Below are positions 6,880-17,092 of a DNA stretch of 39,849 nt, piece after piece. The notes beneath the pieces were generated by a model. That model was given only the letters and a program-made list of their open reading frames with translations. It was not told the origin of the DNA and ran no database searches. The translations under genes and the position numbers were made by a program. The stretch spans positions 1 to 39,849 of the forward strand of contig JAGCLT010000083.1 in assembly GCA_017646825.1 (NCBI GenBank), read 5' to 3'. Positions within the stretch are counted from its first letter, which is position 1, and every line of letters starts with the position of its first letter. This stretch comes from Clostridia bacterium. GTDB lineage: Bacteria; Bacillota; Clostridia; Monoglobales; Firm-18.

Positions 6880-8911
6880 ATAGAGTTAAATTGCCTTTGT
6901 ACATTTTAATAACGTCTTGTCTGATAATCTTGTTTTCGGGTTTTGACAGGTTACTGTCAGCATTTAAAATATCCGTTACTGCATCTCCTGCAATTTTGAC
7001 AAGGTCCAAATCTTCGTACAGATTAGCAATATTAAGAGGAGGAAGACCGTGTTGGCTTGTGCCGAAAAATTCCCCTGGTCCACGAAGTTTCAAATCCTGT
7101 TCTGCAATTACAAAGCCGTCATTTGTATCTGTCATTACTTTCATTCTGTTTTGTGCCACTTCACCGCCGTCACAAAACATAATGCAGTATGACTGCCACT
7201 CGCCTCGTCCGACTCTGCCCCTTAACTGATGCAGTTGGGATAGTCCGAAACGCTCTGCGTTTTCAATTACCATTACCGATGCGTTAGGCACGTTTACACC
7301 CACTTCTACAACGGTGGTGCTTACCAGTACATTTGTTTCTCCTGACACAAAGCGGGACATTATTTCGTCTTTTTCTGCGGCTTTTAGTTTGCCGTGAATA
7401 ATATCAACTTTGTAGTCTGAAAAAACTGTGTTTTGCAAAGTTTTTGCAAACTCTGTTACCGCTTTTAATTCCGTAGTTTCATTTTCGTTAACCATAGGGC
7501 ACACGATGTAAACCTGACGCCCCTCGTTAATATTTTTTATCATAAAGTTGTTTATACGCTGACGCATATTTTCGTCAACGCTGTATGTTTTGACTTCTTT
7601 TCTGCCGGGAGGCATTTCGTTTATTACCGAAACATCAAGGTCTCCGTAAAGTACAAGTGCAAGTGTCCTTGGTATGGGTGTTGCAGTCATAACAAGAGTA
7701 TGGGGCGTACCGCCTTTTCCTGCAAGGGCACTTCTTTGTTCAACACCGAAGCGATGTTGCTCGTCAGTAACCACCAAAGACAGGTTATTAAATTCCACGT
7801 CCTTTTGTATAAGGGCGTGAGTACCTACAATTACGTTGTAACCGCCGTCTTTTATGCTTTCTAAAGCCTCGCGTTTTTCTTTAGACTTAAGACTTCCTGT
7901 TAAAAGAACAACATTTACGTCAAAGGGTGTAAGGACATCTTTTAAATAAGTGTAATGTTGTTTGGCAAGAATTTCGGTTGGTGCCATCATTGCGCCCTGA
8001 CCGCCATTTTTTGCCGCTATTAAAAGGGCAATGGCAGCAACTACCGTTTTACCGCAACCAACGTCACCCTGAACAAGTCTGTTCATAAGTTTTCCGCTTT
8101 TTGTATCGTTTATAATATCTGTTACAGTATTAAACTGGGCATTTGTTAATTTATATGGCAAAGTTTTTATAAACTCCGAGGCAATTTCTGTGCCGTTTAT
8201 AAAAGCTGTACCCTTTAATTTGTTCTTCGCTTTATTAAGAAGTCTTAACCCCAGTTGAAGATAAAACAGTTCGTCAAAGGCAAGTCTGTTTCTTGCAAAA
8301 AATGCCGACTGTGCATTTTTGGGGAAATGGATATTTGTAATTGCATACCCGATGCCGCAAAGACCGTATTTTTCCCTGATTTCGGGTGGTAGATTTTCAG
8401 GAATTTCAGATACATAAGGAATACACTGTTTTATTGTTTTTACCACCATATTATGGGAAAGATTTTTTGTAAGGGAATATACGGGGACGTTTGCATCTGT
8501 GGTAGTTGCTTTGTCTGACCGTTCCAGCACACGAAGAGCCATTTCTTTTCCGTACAAAGAAACAGATACGTCGCCGTAGGCATTATACCAGGAGTTATAA
8601 TCAAAGTTCTGTGCAAGCCAATCCTGATTAAACCAGGTAATTGTTATTGTATCATTTCCGTCTGTGGCGTACAGTTTATGTACGGTAAGCCTACTTTTTG
8701 TGCGCATAGTTTTAATGGGGGCAAGTGCCGTTATTCTTATACAGCCGATTTGACCGCCGTTAATATCTTTTATAGGTTTCACGGTTCTGTCGGAGTAAAA
8801 ACGGGGATAAAATTTAAGCATATCTCCTATTGTAGATATGCCTAAATGCTGAAACAATTTTAAGTTTTTTTCTCCAATGCCTTTTAATGTTTCAATACTT
8901 TTTTCAATCAT
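6878..8911 (-). CDS. recG: ATP-dependent DNA helicase RecG
   Basis: 677 aa. Wedge/OB N-terminus. Helicase motifs GDVGCGKT (Walker A), VTDEQHRFG (DEQH) and QLRGRVGRG. Confidence 0.95.
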   Translation of the reverse strand: MIEKSIETLKGIGEKNLKLFQHLGISTIGDMLKFYPRFYSDRTVKPIKDINGGQIGCIRITALAPIKTMRTKSRLTVHKLYATDGNDTITITWFNQDWLAQNFDYNSWYNAYGDVSVSLYGKEMALRVLERSDKATTTDANVPVYSLTKNLSHNMVVKTIKQCIPYVSEIPENLPPEIREKYGLCGIGYAITNIHFPKNAQSAFFARNRLAFDELFYLQLGLRLLNKAKNKLKGTAFINGTEIASEFIKTLPYKLTNAQFNTVTDIINDTKSGKLMNRLVQGDVGCGKTVVAAIALLIAAKNGGQGAMMAPTEILAKQHYTYLKDVLTPFDVNVVLLTGSLKSKEKREALESIKDGGYNVIVGTHALIQKDVEFNNLSLVVTDEQHRFGVEQRSALAGKGGTPHTLVMTATPIPRTLALVLYGDLDVSVINEMPPGRKEVKTYSVDENMRQRINNFMIKNINEGRQVYIVCPMVNENETTELKAVTEFAKTLQNTVFSDYKVDIIHGKLKAAEKDEIMSRFVSGETNVLVSTTVVEVGVNVPNASVMVIENAERFGLSQLHQLRGRVGRGEWQSYCIMFCDGGEVAQNRMKVMTDTNDGFVIAEQDLKLRGPGEFFGTSQHGLPPLNIANLYEDLDLVKIAGDAVTDILNADSNLSKPENKIIRQDVIKMYKGNLTL

Positions 8912-8923
8912 TGTTTTATCACT

Positions 8924-10540
8924 CTACTCTACGCTTATAATGTAGTAGTATATGGGCTGCCCGCCATAGTAAACCATAATATCGCAGTTTTTATATTGGG
9001 CGGACAATTTACTTTCCAGTTCTTGTGCCTGTTCTTCAGTAACGCCGTTACCGTAGTAAACAGAAATCATAGTGCTTTCTTCGTCAAGCATTTTGCTTAT
9101 AATTTCCTCTGCAACGTTATCCACGTTATCAGATACTGTAACGATTTTGCCCTCGATAAGTCCCATAATGTCGTCTTTTTTAATTTCAATTCCGTCCATT
9201 TCGGAATCACGGGAAGCAAATGTTACTGAGCCGGATTTAACTGTTGTAATTGCTTCGTTCATAGCCTGTTCATTGTCCTCGGCAGAAACGGATGGGTCAA
9301 ATGAAAGCATAGCAGTCATACCCTGTGGTATAGATTTAGTGGGGATTACCACAACATTTTTGTCAGTTAATTCGCACACCTGCTGAGCCGCTAAAATTAT
9401 GTTTTTATTGTTTGGCAATACAAATACTGTTTTTGCATTGACTTTTTCAACGGCGTCTGCAATGTCTTCGGCACTTGGGTTCATACTCTGACCGCCTTTT
9501 ACAATCTGGTCAACGCCCACGTCGTTAAATAGCGCCTCAATACCGTCACCGTTTGCAACTGACACAACGCCCATTTCCTTTTCGGGCTCTTTTGGAGCTG
9601 AAATAGTTTCGTTATGCTGAATTTTCATATTGTCTATTTTTATGTTGGACAAGTCGCCGATTTTAACCGCCTGTTCAAGAACAAAACCGGGGTTGTTTGT
9701 GTGAATGTGTACTTTAACAATATCCACATCTTCAATTACAAGCATACAGTCACCGATTTTTTCAATTGACGCACGGAAAGATGCAACACTGTAATTTGCA
9801 GATTTCTTGTTAATAATAAACTCTGTGCAATACATAAATTTTATGTTTGCAGTATCTATGTCTTCTTTGTTAACTTTCGCAGTTTTAACTTCGATTTTTT
9901 CATCTGCTTCTATGGGATTTCCTTTTAATGCTTCAAGCATACCTTGTAAAATCACCAAAAAGCCCATACCACCCGCATCTACAACTCCTGCCTGTTTTAA
10001 AACAGGCAACATTTCGGGTGTTCTGTCAAGGGCTTCTTTTGCACCTTTGACAACCTCTTCTAAAAATGATGTCATATCCTCGGCAGTTTCGCAGTTTTCA
10101 ATTGCTTTTTCTGCCGCTTCTCTTGCAACAGTTAAAATTGTACCCTCGGTGGGTTTCATTACCGCTTTATATGCAGTATCTGCCGCTGATTTAAGTCCCT
10201 TTGCAAATGCAATAATGTCTATTGTGTCAAGACCTTTAACTCCTGTTGCAAGACCTCTATATAACTGTGACATAATAACGCCGCTGTTACCTCTTGCTCC
10301 TCTTAATGAAGCGCTTGCGATAATCTGGGCAATTTCTGATACAGAGGTACTGTCTGTTGCCAGTAACTCTCTTGATGCAGCACTTACTGTCATTGACATA
10401 TTAGTACCTGTATCTCCGTCGGGGACGGGGAATACGTTTAAATCGTCAACCATTTGTTTCTGGTTTGCCAGATTATTTGCACCGCTAATAACCATACTTT
10501 TAAAAAGTATGCCGTCTATAATACTTTGCAATGTGTTCAC
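8924..10540 (-). CDS. DAK2-domain fusion protein (YloV family)
   Basis: 538 aa. The N-terminus contains VFPVPDGDTGTNM (DAK2 phosphatase-domain motif). Conserved position between Asp23 and recG. Confidence 0.9.
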   Translation of the reverse strand: MNTLQSIIDGILFKSMVISGANNLANQKQMVDDLNVFPVPDGDTGTNMSMTVSAASRELLATDSTSVSEIAQIIASASLRGARGNSGVIMSQLYRGLATGVKGLDTIDIIAFAKGLKSAADTAYKAVMKPTEGTILTVAREAAEKAIENCETAEDMTSFLEEVVKGAKEALDRTPEMLPVLKQAGVVDAGGMGFLVILQGMLEALKGNPIEADEKIEVKTAKVNKEDIDTANIKFMYCTEFIINKKSANYSVASFRASIEKIGDCMLVIEDVDIVKVHIHTNNPGFVLEQAVKIGDLSNIKIDNMKIQHNETISAPKEPEKEMGVVSVANGDGIEALFNDVGVDQIVKGGQSMNPSAEDIADAVEKVNAKTVFVLPNNKNIILAAQQVCELTDKNVVVIPTKSIPQGMTAMLSFDPSVSAEDNEQAMNEAITTVKSGSVTFASRDSEMDGIEIKKDDIMGLIEGKIVTVSDNVDNVAEEIISKMLDEESTMISVYYGNGVTEEQAQELESKLSAQYKNCDIMVYYGGQPIYYYIISVE

Positions 10541-10543
10541 TCC

Positions 10544-10897
10544 TTAACTCACACGAACGCTTTCTACATTAACGCTTACTGATTTTACAATAAAGCCGGT
10601 AAGGTTCTCAATGTCGTATTTAACTCTTTCAATTATGCCGTCGCAAATTGTTTTTATATTTGCGCCGTATTGTATTATTACATGTATCTCTATTACAAGG
10701 CCATCTTCGTTAGAAGTAACTTTAATGCCTTTTTTGGCGGATGACTTCTTAAGTAGTGATGCCAGACCGTCTGCTGTGCTTCTTGTAGCCATACCAACTA
10801 CGCCGTAACAGGTCATAGCGGCTTCTCCGGCGATACTTGCCAAAACGTCGTTGTCAACCATAATTTCTCCACAACTGTTTGTTATTGAAGCATACAT
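10544..10897 (-). CDS. Asp23/Gls24 family envelope-stress protein (YloU-like)
   Basis: 117 aa. VLASIAGEAAMTCYGVVGM and typical synteny with the DAK2 protein. Confidence 0.9.
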   Translation of the reverse strand: MYASITNSCGEIMVDNDVLASIAGEAAMTCYGVVGMATRSTADGLASLLKKSSAKKGIKVTSNEDGLVIEIHVIIQYGANIKTICDGIIERVKYDIENLTGFIVKSVSVNVESVRVS

Positions 10898-11026
10898 AAA
10901 ATCACTGCCTTTCCATTTTATATATAATTATTTTAATACAAAACTTGAAAAATATCAATACTATTTTAAATTTTAAGTATATTTTTAACAGAAAATTTAA
11001 AAATATTAACAAAAGGGTGTGTAAAT

Positions 11027-11365
11027 ATGCTTAGAATAATCGGCTTTTTTGCGGGACTGGCAAACGGTCTTTTAGGTACAGGCGGAGGAATTATACTGGT
11101 AACCGCAACTAAAATTATGGGTGTAAAACCAAAGATTGCCCACGCAACAGCACTTACGGTTATACTGCCTTTGTGTCTGGTTTCGATTGTTATGTATTTT
11201 AAAAATGGACATCTGGAAGTGTTACCTGCAGTACTGGTAGGTATAGGTGGGACTTTAGGTGGTTTTATCGGTGCAAAGTTACTTAAAAAAACACCTGACA
11301 CCTGGCTTAAAATTCTTTTTGGTATTACAACTATAGTTCTTGGAGTAATGATGTTTCGGAGGTAA
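11027..11365 (+). CDS. TSUP (TauE/SafE) family membrane protein, half-size (4 TM), first half
   Basis: 112 aa. GLANGLLGTGGGIILV motif and four hydrophobic spans. Confidence 0.8.
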   Translation: MLRIIGFFAGLANGLLGTGGGIILVTATKIMGVKPKIAHATALTVILPLCLVSIVMYFKNGHLEVLPAVLVGIGGTLGGFIGAKLLKKTPDTWLKILFGITTIVLGVMMFRR

Positions 11366-11368
11366 TAT

Positions 11369-11722
11369 ATGTACGTTGTACTGTTGGTTACGGGGTTATT
11401 GTCAGGAATAATAACGGGAATGGGACTTGGTGGAATAGTGCTTATTCCCGCCCTTACTATGCTTCTTGATTTTCCGCAAAAAGTGGCTCAGGGAATTAAT
11501 CTTGTGTATTTTATACCTACTTCTCTTGTGGCACTTTTTGTTCACAATAAAAATAAAAATCTTGATTTTAAACTTACAAAACATCTTGTAGTCTGGGGCG
11601 TTTTGGGAGCGTTTGCAGGGAGTATGCTGGTTGGAGTTATCCCTGCACAGATTTTAAGAAAAATATTTGCAGTACTGCTTTTGGCAATTGGAATATATCA
11701 GGTTGTTACAGTAAAAAAATAA
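11369..11722 (+). CDS. TSUP (TauE/SafE) family membrane protein, half-size (4 TM), second half
   Basis: 117 aa. GIITGMGLGGIVLIP motif. The start is 3 nt after the upstream stop, with SD GGAGG inside the end of the first ORF. Confidence 0.8.
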   Translation: MYVVLLVTGLLSGIITGMGLGGIVLIPALTMLLDFPQKVAQGINLVYFIPTSLVALFVHNKNKNLDFKLTKHLVVWGVLGAFAGSMLVGVIPAQILRKIFAVLLLAIGIYQVVTVKK

Positions 11723-11747
11723 AGGAATTGGTTAACCCAATTCCTTT
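11721..11747. terminator. hairpin terminator between the convergent TSUP and nfnB genes
   Basis: AAAGGAATTGG-TTAAC-CCAATTCCTTT (11-bp stem). A T-run follows on the minus-strand side. Confidence 0.7.
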
Positions 11748-13126
11748 ATATATTTGTCTATTGCTTTAGCACATTTCTTTCCTGCTCCCATTGCAAGTAT
11801 TACTGTTGCGGCACCTGTAACTGCGTCGCCTCCTGCAAACACGCCTTTGATACTTGTTTCTCCTGTGTCTTCGTCTGTTTCAATTCCTCCCCAGGGTTTT
11901 GTGTCAAGTCCCTTTGTTGTTGATTTAATAAGAGGGTTAGGTGTCTGACCTATTGCGATAATCACAGTATCAATATCTGTTACATATTCGCTGGCGGGTT
12001 TTGGAACGGGTCTTCTTCTGCCTGATGCGTCAGGCTCGCCAAGTTCCATTTCCACACATTTAATACCTGTTACAAACCCGTCTTCACCCACAATTTCTAC
12101 GGGGTTTGTAAGTGTTTTAAATATTATGTCTTCTTCTTTTGCATGGTGCACTTCTTCAAGGCGGGCAGGCATTTCTTTTTCTGAACGTCTGTATATAATA
12201 TACACTTCTTCCGCACCAAGGCGTTTTGCACATCTTGCGGCGTCCATAGCAACATTTCCGCCACCTACTACTGCCACTTTTTTCCCTATTCTTACGGGAG
12301 TATCATATTCGGGGAATTTGTATGCTTTCATTAAATTAATTCTTGTTAAAAATTCGTTAGCGGAGTAAACACCGTTTAAGTTTTCTCCCGGTATTTTCAT
12401 AAAACTGGGTAACCCTGCACCGCTTCCTATAAATACCGCTTTATAGTCCTGCTCCTGTAAAAGTTCGTCAATGGAAAAAACTCTTCCTGCAACCATGTTG
12501 GTTTTTATCTCGACGCCCATTTCCTTTAAAGAGTCTATTTCTTTTTGTACTATTTCTTTTGGGAGACGAAACTGTGGTATTCCGTACATTAATACACCGC
12601 CTGCGGTGTGGAATGCTTCAAACACAGTTACTTTGTAACCCATTTTCGCTAAATCCCCTGCACAGGACAATCCTGCAGGACCTGAGCCGATAACGGCAAC
12701 TTTTATACCGTTGCTCTTTGGTAATTCTATTTGTTCTTTGTCGTTTTTTAAATGGTAGTCTGCTACAAAGCGTTCAAGCCGACCTATGGCTACGCTTTCT
12801 CCCTTTATACCTCTTACACATTTGCTTTCGCACTGATTTTCCTGAGGGCACACACGTCCGCAAACGGCAGGAAGTGAGTTTGTGGTTTTTATAATTTCGT
12901 ATGCCTTTTCATATTCGCCTTTTGCTATTTCCTGTATAAATTCGGGGATACGGACATTTACGGGACAACCGCCAACACAGGGCATATTTTTACAGTTAAG
13001 GCATCTTGTGGCTTCTTCGACTGCCATTTCTTCTGTGTAGCCTAAAGCAACTTCGTCAAAGTTTTTGTTTCTTACGTTACCTGCCTGTACGGGCATCTCT
13101 ACTTTCTGTGGGGACATATTAGGCAT
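11732..13126 (-). CDS. nfnB: NADPH-dependent glutamate-synthase-small-subunit-like FAD/Fe-S oxidoreductase (NfnB-type)
   Basis: 464 aa. N-terminal Cys clusters (CLNCKNMPCVGGCP, CGRVCPQENQCESKC). Two dinucleotide folds (VAVIGSGPAGLS, VAVVGGGNVAMD). Paired with a PyrK-like subunit. Confidence 0.8.
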   Translation of the reverse strand: MPNMSPQKVEMPVQAGNVRNKNFDEVALGYTEEMAVEEATRCLNCKNMPCVGGCPVNVRIPEFIQEIAKGEYEKAYEIIKTTNSLPAVCGRVCPQENQCESKCVRGIKGESVAIGRLERFVADYHLKNDKEQIELPKSNGIKVAVIGSGPAGLSCAGDLAKMGYKVTVFEAFHTAGGVLMYGIPQFRLPKEIVQKEIDSLKEMGVEIKTNMVAGRVFSIDELLQEQDYKAVFIGSGAGLPSFMKIPGENLNGVYSANEFLTRINLMKAYKFPEYDTPVRIGKKVAVVGGGNVAMDAARCAKRLGAEEVYIIYRRSEKEMPARLEEVHHAKEEDIIFKTLTNPVEIVGEDGFVTGIKCVEMELGEPDASGRRRPVPKPASEYVTDIDTVIIAIGQTPNPLIKSTTKGLDTKPWGGIETDEDTGETSIKGVFAGGDAVTGAATVILAMGAGKKCAKAIDKYIKELG

Positions 13127-13950
13127 TATCTCATTCCCTCCATTCTGCAGTTGTGCTCTTTTGTGGAACGGGTTTCATGGTCTTTATACATAGATGAACG
13201 TCTTATTGCCTCGTCGAAGTCAACAAGATGACCGTCAAAGTCGGGACCGTCAACACAGGCAAATTTTGTTTCTCCGCCTACTGTTAAACGACATCCTCCG
13301 CACATACCTGTTCCGTCTATCATAATTGAGTTCATACTTACTATTGTTTTTATTCCGTAGGGTTTTGTAACGTTTGAAACTGCTTTCATCATTACCAAAG
13401 GACCGATTGCTATTACCATATCGTATTTGTTGCCCTTTTCGAGCAGTTCTTTCAGTACATCTGTTACGAAGCCTTTGTCATCTGTAGTTATATAAAGATT
13501 GTCAGAAATGGCAGTAATTTCATCTTTTAAAATTACAAGGTCGTCGTTTCTGAAACCTGTTATTACGTCAACTTTTGCACCCATATTGTGAAGTGCTTTC
13601 GCCTGGGGATATGCTATGGCTGTACCAAGACCACCGCCGATAACACAGGCATTTTTTACTCCGTCTAAGTGGGAGGGGGTACCTAAAGGTCCTACAAAGT
13701 CAAGGATGCTTTCGCCCTCATTTTTGGTATTAAGTTTCATAGTTGTGGCACCCACAATCTGAAAAATAATGGTTACAGTTCCTTTTTCTTTGTCATAGTC
13801 CGCAATAGTTAAAGGTATTCTTTCACCTTTTTCGTCAATTCTTAAAATTATAAACTGTCCCGCTTTTGCTTTTTTTGCAATGTGGGGAGCATCTATTTCC
13901 ATTAAGGTAACAGTGGGGTTTAACTGTTTTTTTGTAATAATTTTATACAT
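13126..13950 (-). CDS. nfnA: PyrK-like ferredoxin-NADP reductase-type FAD/[2Fe-2S] subunit (NfnA-type)
   Basis: The start is reassigned to ATG 13950 (MYKIITKK), 9 nt after SD AAAGGA. C-terminal CGGCR...C cluster. The stop overlaps the nfnB start (TAATG). Confidence 0.8.
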   Translation of the reverse strand: MYKIITKKQLNPTVTLMEIDAPHIAKKAKAGQFIILRIDEKGERIPLTIADYDKEKGTVTIIFQIVGATTMKLNTKNEGESILDFVGPLGTPSHLDGVKNACVIGGGLGTAIAYPQAKALHNMGAKVDVITGFRNDDLVILKDEITAISDNLYITTDDKGFVTDVLKELLEKGNKYDMVIAIGPLVMMKAVSNVTKPYGIKTIVSMNSIMIDGTGMCGGCRLTVGGETKFACVDGPDFDGHLVDFDEAIRRSSMYKDHETRSTKEHNCRMEGMR

Positions 13951-14028
13951 TTTATTCATTCCTTTATCTTGGGTTTCCACTTAATTATATACTTTTTGAT
14001 ATACAATTTCAATAGAAATATTTGCATA

Positions 14029-15405
14029 TTATCGGAGATACTCTCTTATAATGTTTCTTACAATTGGTCCGCAGACAGATGCACCGCTTCCGCCGCTATA
14101 TTCAAGCATAACGGCTACTGCAATTTCGGGGTCTTCTGCAGGTGCAAAGGCAACAAACCAGGTGTGCTCTTTGTTTTTCTGCATTACTGTTTGTTCGTTC
14201 TCCGCAGTTCCTGTCTTTCCTGCAACGGTAATGCCGTTAATCATAGCAGAAGTACCTGTGCCCTGTGTAACTGTTTTTACCATCATATCAGTAATATAGT
14301 CTGCATTTTCTTTTGACATAGCCACAGACTGTTGTTTCGGCTTTGTTGCAAGAATTGTTACGCCTGAATTGTTTGTGGCGTGGGACACAAGTCTTGGCTC
14401 CATAATAACTCCGTCGTTTGCAACGGCACAGGCAACAAGTGCCATTTGCAAAGGAGTAGCAAGGGTGTTGCCCTGTCCCATTGCAAGTGCCGCAATTTCC
14501 GCATCTTCTTTTGCGGATAACGGGAATATGCTTTTTGCCACAGGAAAATCATAATCAGGTTCTTTGTTAAAACCAAAATTTTCTGCAGTGGATTTTAATT
14601 TATCAAAACCTGCCGTAACGCCAAGACTGCAAAAGGCAACGTTACTTGATAGTTGGAATGCTCTGTCAAAGGTAATGTTTCCGTAGGCTTTGCTGCCGCT
14701 GTTACTTACGGTTTTTCCGCCTATTTCAATACTGCCTTTGTCTTCAAACACCATGTCCTGAAGGTTTAAATCCAGAGCGGCAGAGGAAGTAAGTATTTTA
14801 AAAGTGGAGCCGGGGGCGTAAAGACCGCTTGTTGCTCTTGGTAAAAGTGGACTGTTTTCGTTATCCACAAGACTTTCCCATTGTTCCGACAGAGTGTTTG
14901 GGTTAAAGTCGGGTTTGCTTACCATTGCAAGAATTTCACCTGTTTTCGGGTTTATGGCAACGGCTGAGCCGTTTCTGTTACCAATGGAATTGTATGCAAC
15001 TTTTTGCAGATTGTGGTCTATGGTAAGGTAAAGATTATAGCCCTTTTTCTTATTACCTGTAATGTTTAGTCCTCCCAAGCCATACTGACCGAGCAACAGT
15101 TGATTATATTTTGATTCTAAAAGGCTTTTGCCGTAAATTCGGGAATTGTAGCCGATAATATGGCTATACATATTATCGTAAGGATACGTTCTTTCCCCGT
15201 CTTTTGACTGGGCTAAAATTACGCCCTCTTTGTCTAAAATCATACCTCTTTCAATATCTTCTTCATAAGCCCACTGGCGTTGGTTGTAAGGGCTTTTTGC
15301 CAGTTCTTCAGCTTCGAACAGTTCAAGATAGGTAAGGTATCCAATTAAAGACATAAACAAAATACATATTACTATTAAAATGTTTATTATACGTTTGTCT
15401 GTCAT
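14029..15405 (-). CDS. penicillin-binding protein (class B transpeptidase, PbpA/PBP2-like)
   Basis: 458 aa. N-terminal TM helix. Transpeptidase motifs STFK (PGSTFK), a candidate SxN triad (SSN in QLSSNVAF or SNS in TVSNSGS) and KTGT. Confidence 0.9.
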   Translation of the reverse strand: MTDKRIINILIVICILFMSLIGYLTYLELFEAEELAKSPYNQRQWAYEEDIERGMILDKEGVILAQSKDGERTYPYDNMYSHIIGYNSRIYGKSLLESKYNQLLLGQYGLGGLNITGNKKKGYNLYLTIDHNLQKVAYNSIGNRNGSAVAINPKTGEILAMVSKPDFNPNTLSEQWESLVDNENSPLLPRATSGLYAPGSTFKILTSSAALDLNLQDMVFEDKGSIEIGGKTVSNSGSKAYGNITFDRAFQLSSNVAFCSLGVTAGFDKLKSTAENFGFNKEPDYDFPVAKSIFPLSAKEDAEIAALAMGQGNTLATPLQMALVACAVANDGVIMEPRLVSHATNNSGVTILATKPKQQSVAMSKENADYITDMMVKTVTQGTGTSAMINGITVAGKTGTAENEQTVMQKNKEHTWFVAFAPAEDPEIAVAVMLEYSGGSGASVCGPIVRNIIREYLR

Positions 15406-16616
15406 TTCTCTACCTCCCTGCCCGAAAGAGCCTGAAGTACGCCTAATGCTATGAAACTTGACAAAAGAGAACTTCCGCCGTAACTTATGAAGGGTAATGT
15501 GATACCTGTCAGGGGTATCAGTTTAATTACACCGCCTAAGATTATAAATGTCTGAATACCAAACATAACGGTAATACCGGCAGCAATACATTTGTCAAAA
15601 CCTTCAGGCAGTTTAAGTGAAATCTTTGCACCTCTGTATGTGAAAATAAAAAACAGTAAAATAATTGCCACACCGCCGAAAAGCCCCAACTCTTCACATA
15701 TTGCGGAAAATATAAAGTCTGTATGAACTGCAGGAATGTATTCAGGCTTTCCGAGACCAAGACCGCTTCCAAAAAAACCGCCTGATGAAATTGCGAACAG
15801 CGACTGAGCTATCTGGTAGCCGGTTTTTGAAACGTCTGCCCATGGGTTAAGCCATGTGGCAACTCGTACTTGTATATGGTACATTGTAAGGTATCCGACC
15901 CCTCCCCCTAAACCTGCTAACAGGAAATTACAAAGAATCAGCATAAGGTCGTGCTCAAAAATATATTCCATAGCAATATAAATTACAAAAAACAATACCG
16001 CAATACCCCATTCTCTTTGCAAAACCAAAAAGCCTAGGTACATATACACACAGAAAAGTATCGCATATTTTTCCTTTATTTTTCCAAATACCAGTTTGTC
16101 TCTTTTCCCTGAAAAATAACTTGCAAGGAAAAAGATGTATAAAAGTTTAATGAATTCGGAGGGCTGAACAGACAAAATACCTGCTCTTATCCAGTTTTTT
16201 GCCCCTCCGCTTCGGGTGCCGAACAAAAGGGTGGCTATAAAAAGTATTACCCCCAAAATAAAATAAAAGGTCCCCATTTTGTTAAGCATCTTTACATATT
16301 TGTATATAAAAAACGAAAGATAAAAAGCGCTCACGGAAATAAGATACCAAAGTATCTGCTTTATTCCGTATGTGTAATTAATTCTGCAAAGCATAAGTGT
16401 GCCTAACACCACAAGCATACTTACTATTAAAAAAAGATACTCGTCACCTAATTTAAAATACACTATTGCAAAGTATGTAATGGCGGAAATAAGCATAACT
16501 GAACCGCCGATGTATAAAATATTTACATCCATCGGCGTTCTGTAGAAAAACAATAATGCAAATGCCATTACCGTTGTTATTAACAATAAAATTATGGGTT
16601 TTTTCAAGGCTTTCAT
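15402..16616 (-). CDS. SEDS-family peptidoglycan glycosyltransferase (FtsW/RodA/SpoVE)
   Basis: 404 aa, polytopic. HTDFIFSAICEELG and LPFISYGGSS motifs. 4-nt overlap with the PBP gene. Confidence 0.9.
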   Translation of the reverse strand: MKALKKPIILLLITTVMAFALLFFYRTPMDVNILYIGGSVMLISAITYFAIVYFKLGDEYLFLIVSMLVVLGTLMLCRINYTYGIKQILWYLISVSAFYLSFFIYKYVKMLNKMGTFYFILGVILFIATLLFGTRSGGAKNWIRAGILSVQPSEFIKLLYIFFLASYFSGKRDKLVFGKIKEKYAILFCVYMYLGFLVLQREWGIAVLFFVIYIAMEYIFEHDLMLILCNFLLAGLGGGVGYLTMYHIQVRVATWLNPWADVSKTGYQIAQSLFAISSGGFFGSGLGLGKPEYIPAVHTDFIFSAICEELGLFGGVAIILLFFIFTYRGAKISLKLPEGFDKCIAAGITVMFGIQTFIILGGVIKLIPLTGITLPFISYGGSSLLSSFIALGVLQALSGREVEK

Positions 16617-16619
16617 AAT

Positions 16620-17078
16620 TTATTCTCCCACAATTACGATTACAAATTCCACTTGCCCTATTCTTATTCTGTCACCGCTGTCTAAAATAAGAGGCTCGTC
16701 CGTCATTTTTTCGCCGTTTATATATGTGCCGTTGGTACTTCCCATATCTGCAATATACCACTCTTTGTCCTCAAACCACAGTTGCGTGTTCTGGTTTGAC
16801 ATATACAGGTCGTTTATGGATATGGTACAGTCCTCGCCTCTGCCTATAATTACAACGTCAGAGGTAAGGGGATAGGAACTTTCTACGTCAAAATACAGAT
16901 TATTTTTGTTGGTGATTACTTCTAAATATGTGGTGTCGTGCTGGGGCTTTCTTTTGTCACTGTTTGCCTTTTTGATATCAAGAAAAATCATACGGATAAT
17001 GGCAAAAATAAACAGGTAAATAACCGTAACAAATATGTACTTTAAAAGTGATGCAAGTACTGAATAAAAGCCGGACAT
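16620..17078 (-). CDS. membrane-anchored FHA-domain protein
   Basis: 152 aa. N-terminal TM helix. FHA core IIGRGEDCTISI...STNGTYINGEK. Confidence 0.85.
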   Translation of the reverse strand: MSGFYSVLASLLKYIFVTVIYLFIFAIIRMIFLDIKKANSDKRKPQHDTTYLEVITNKNNLYFDVESSYPLTSDVVIIGRGEDCTISINDLYMSNQNTQLWFEDKEWYIADMGSTNGTYINGEKMTDEPLILDSGDRIRIGQVEFVIVIVGE

Positions 17079-17092
17079 GTAATACCACCTCT

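Noticed and set aside
9807-10547. A 246-aa plus-strand ORF
   Set aside because: It lies entirely antisense to the well-supported DAK2/YloV gene. It has Ser/Ala/Ile-rich shadow-frame composition and no SD.
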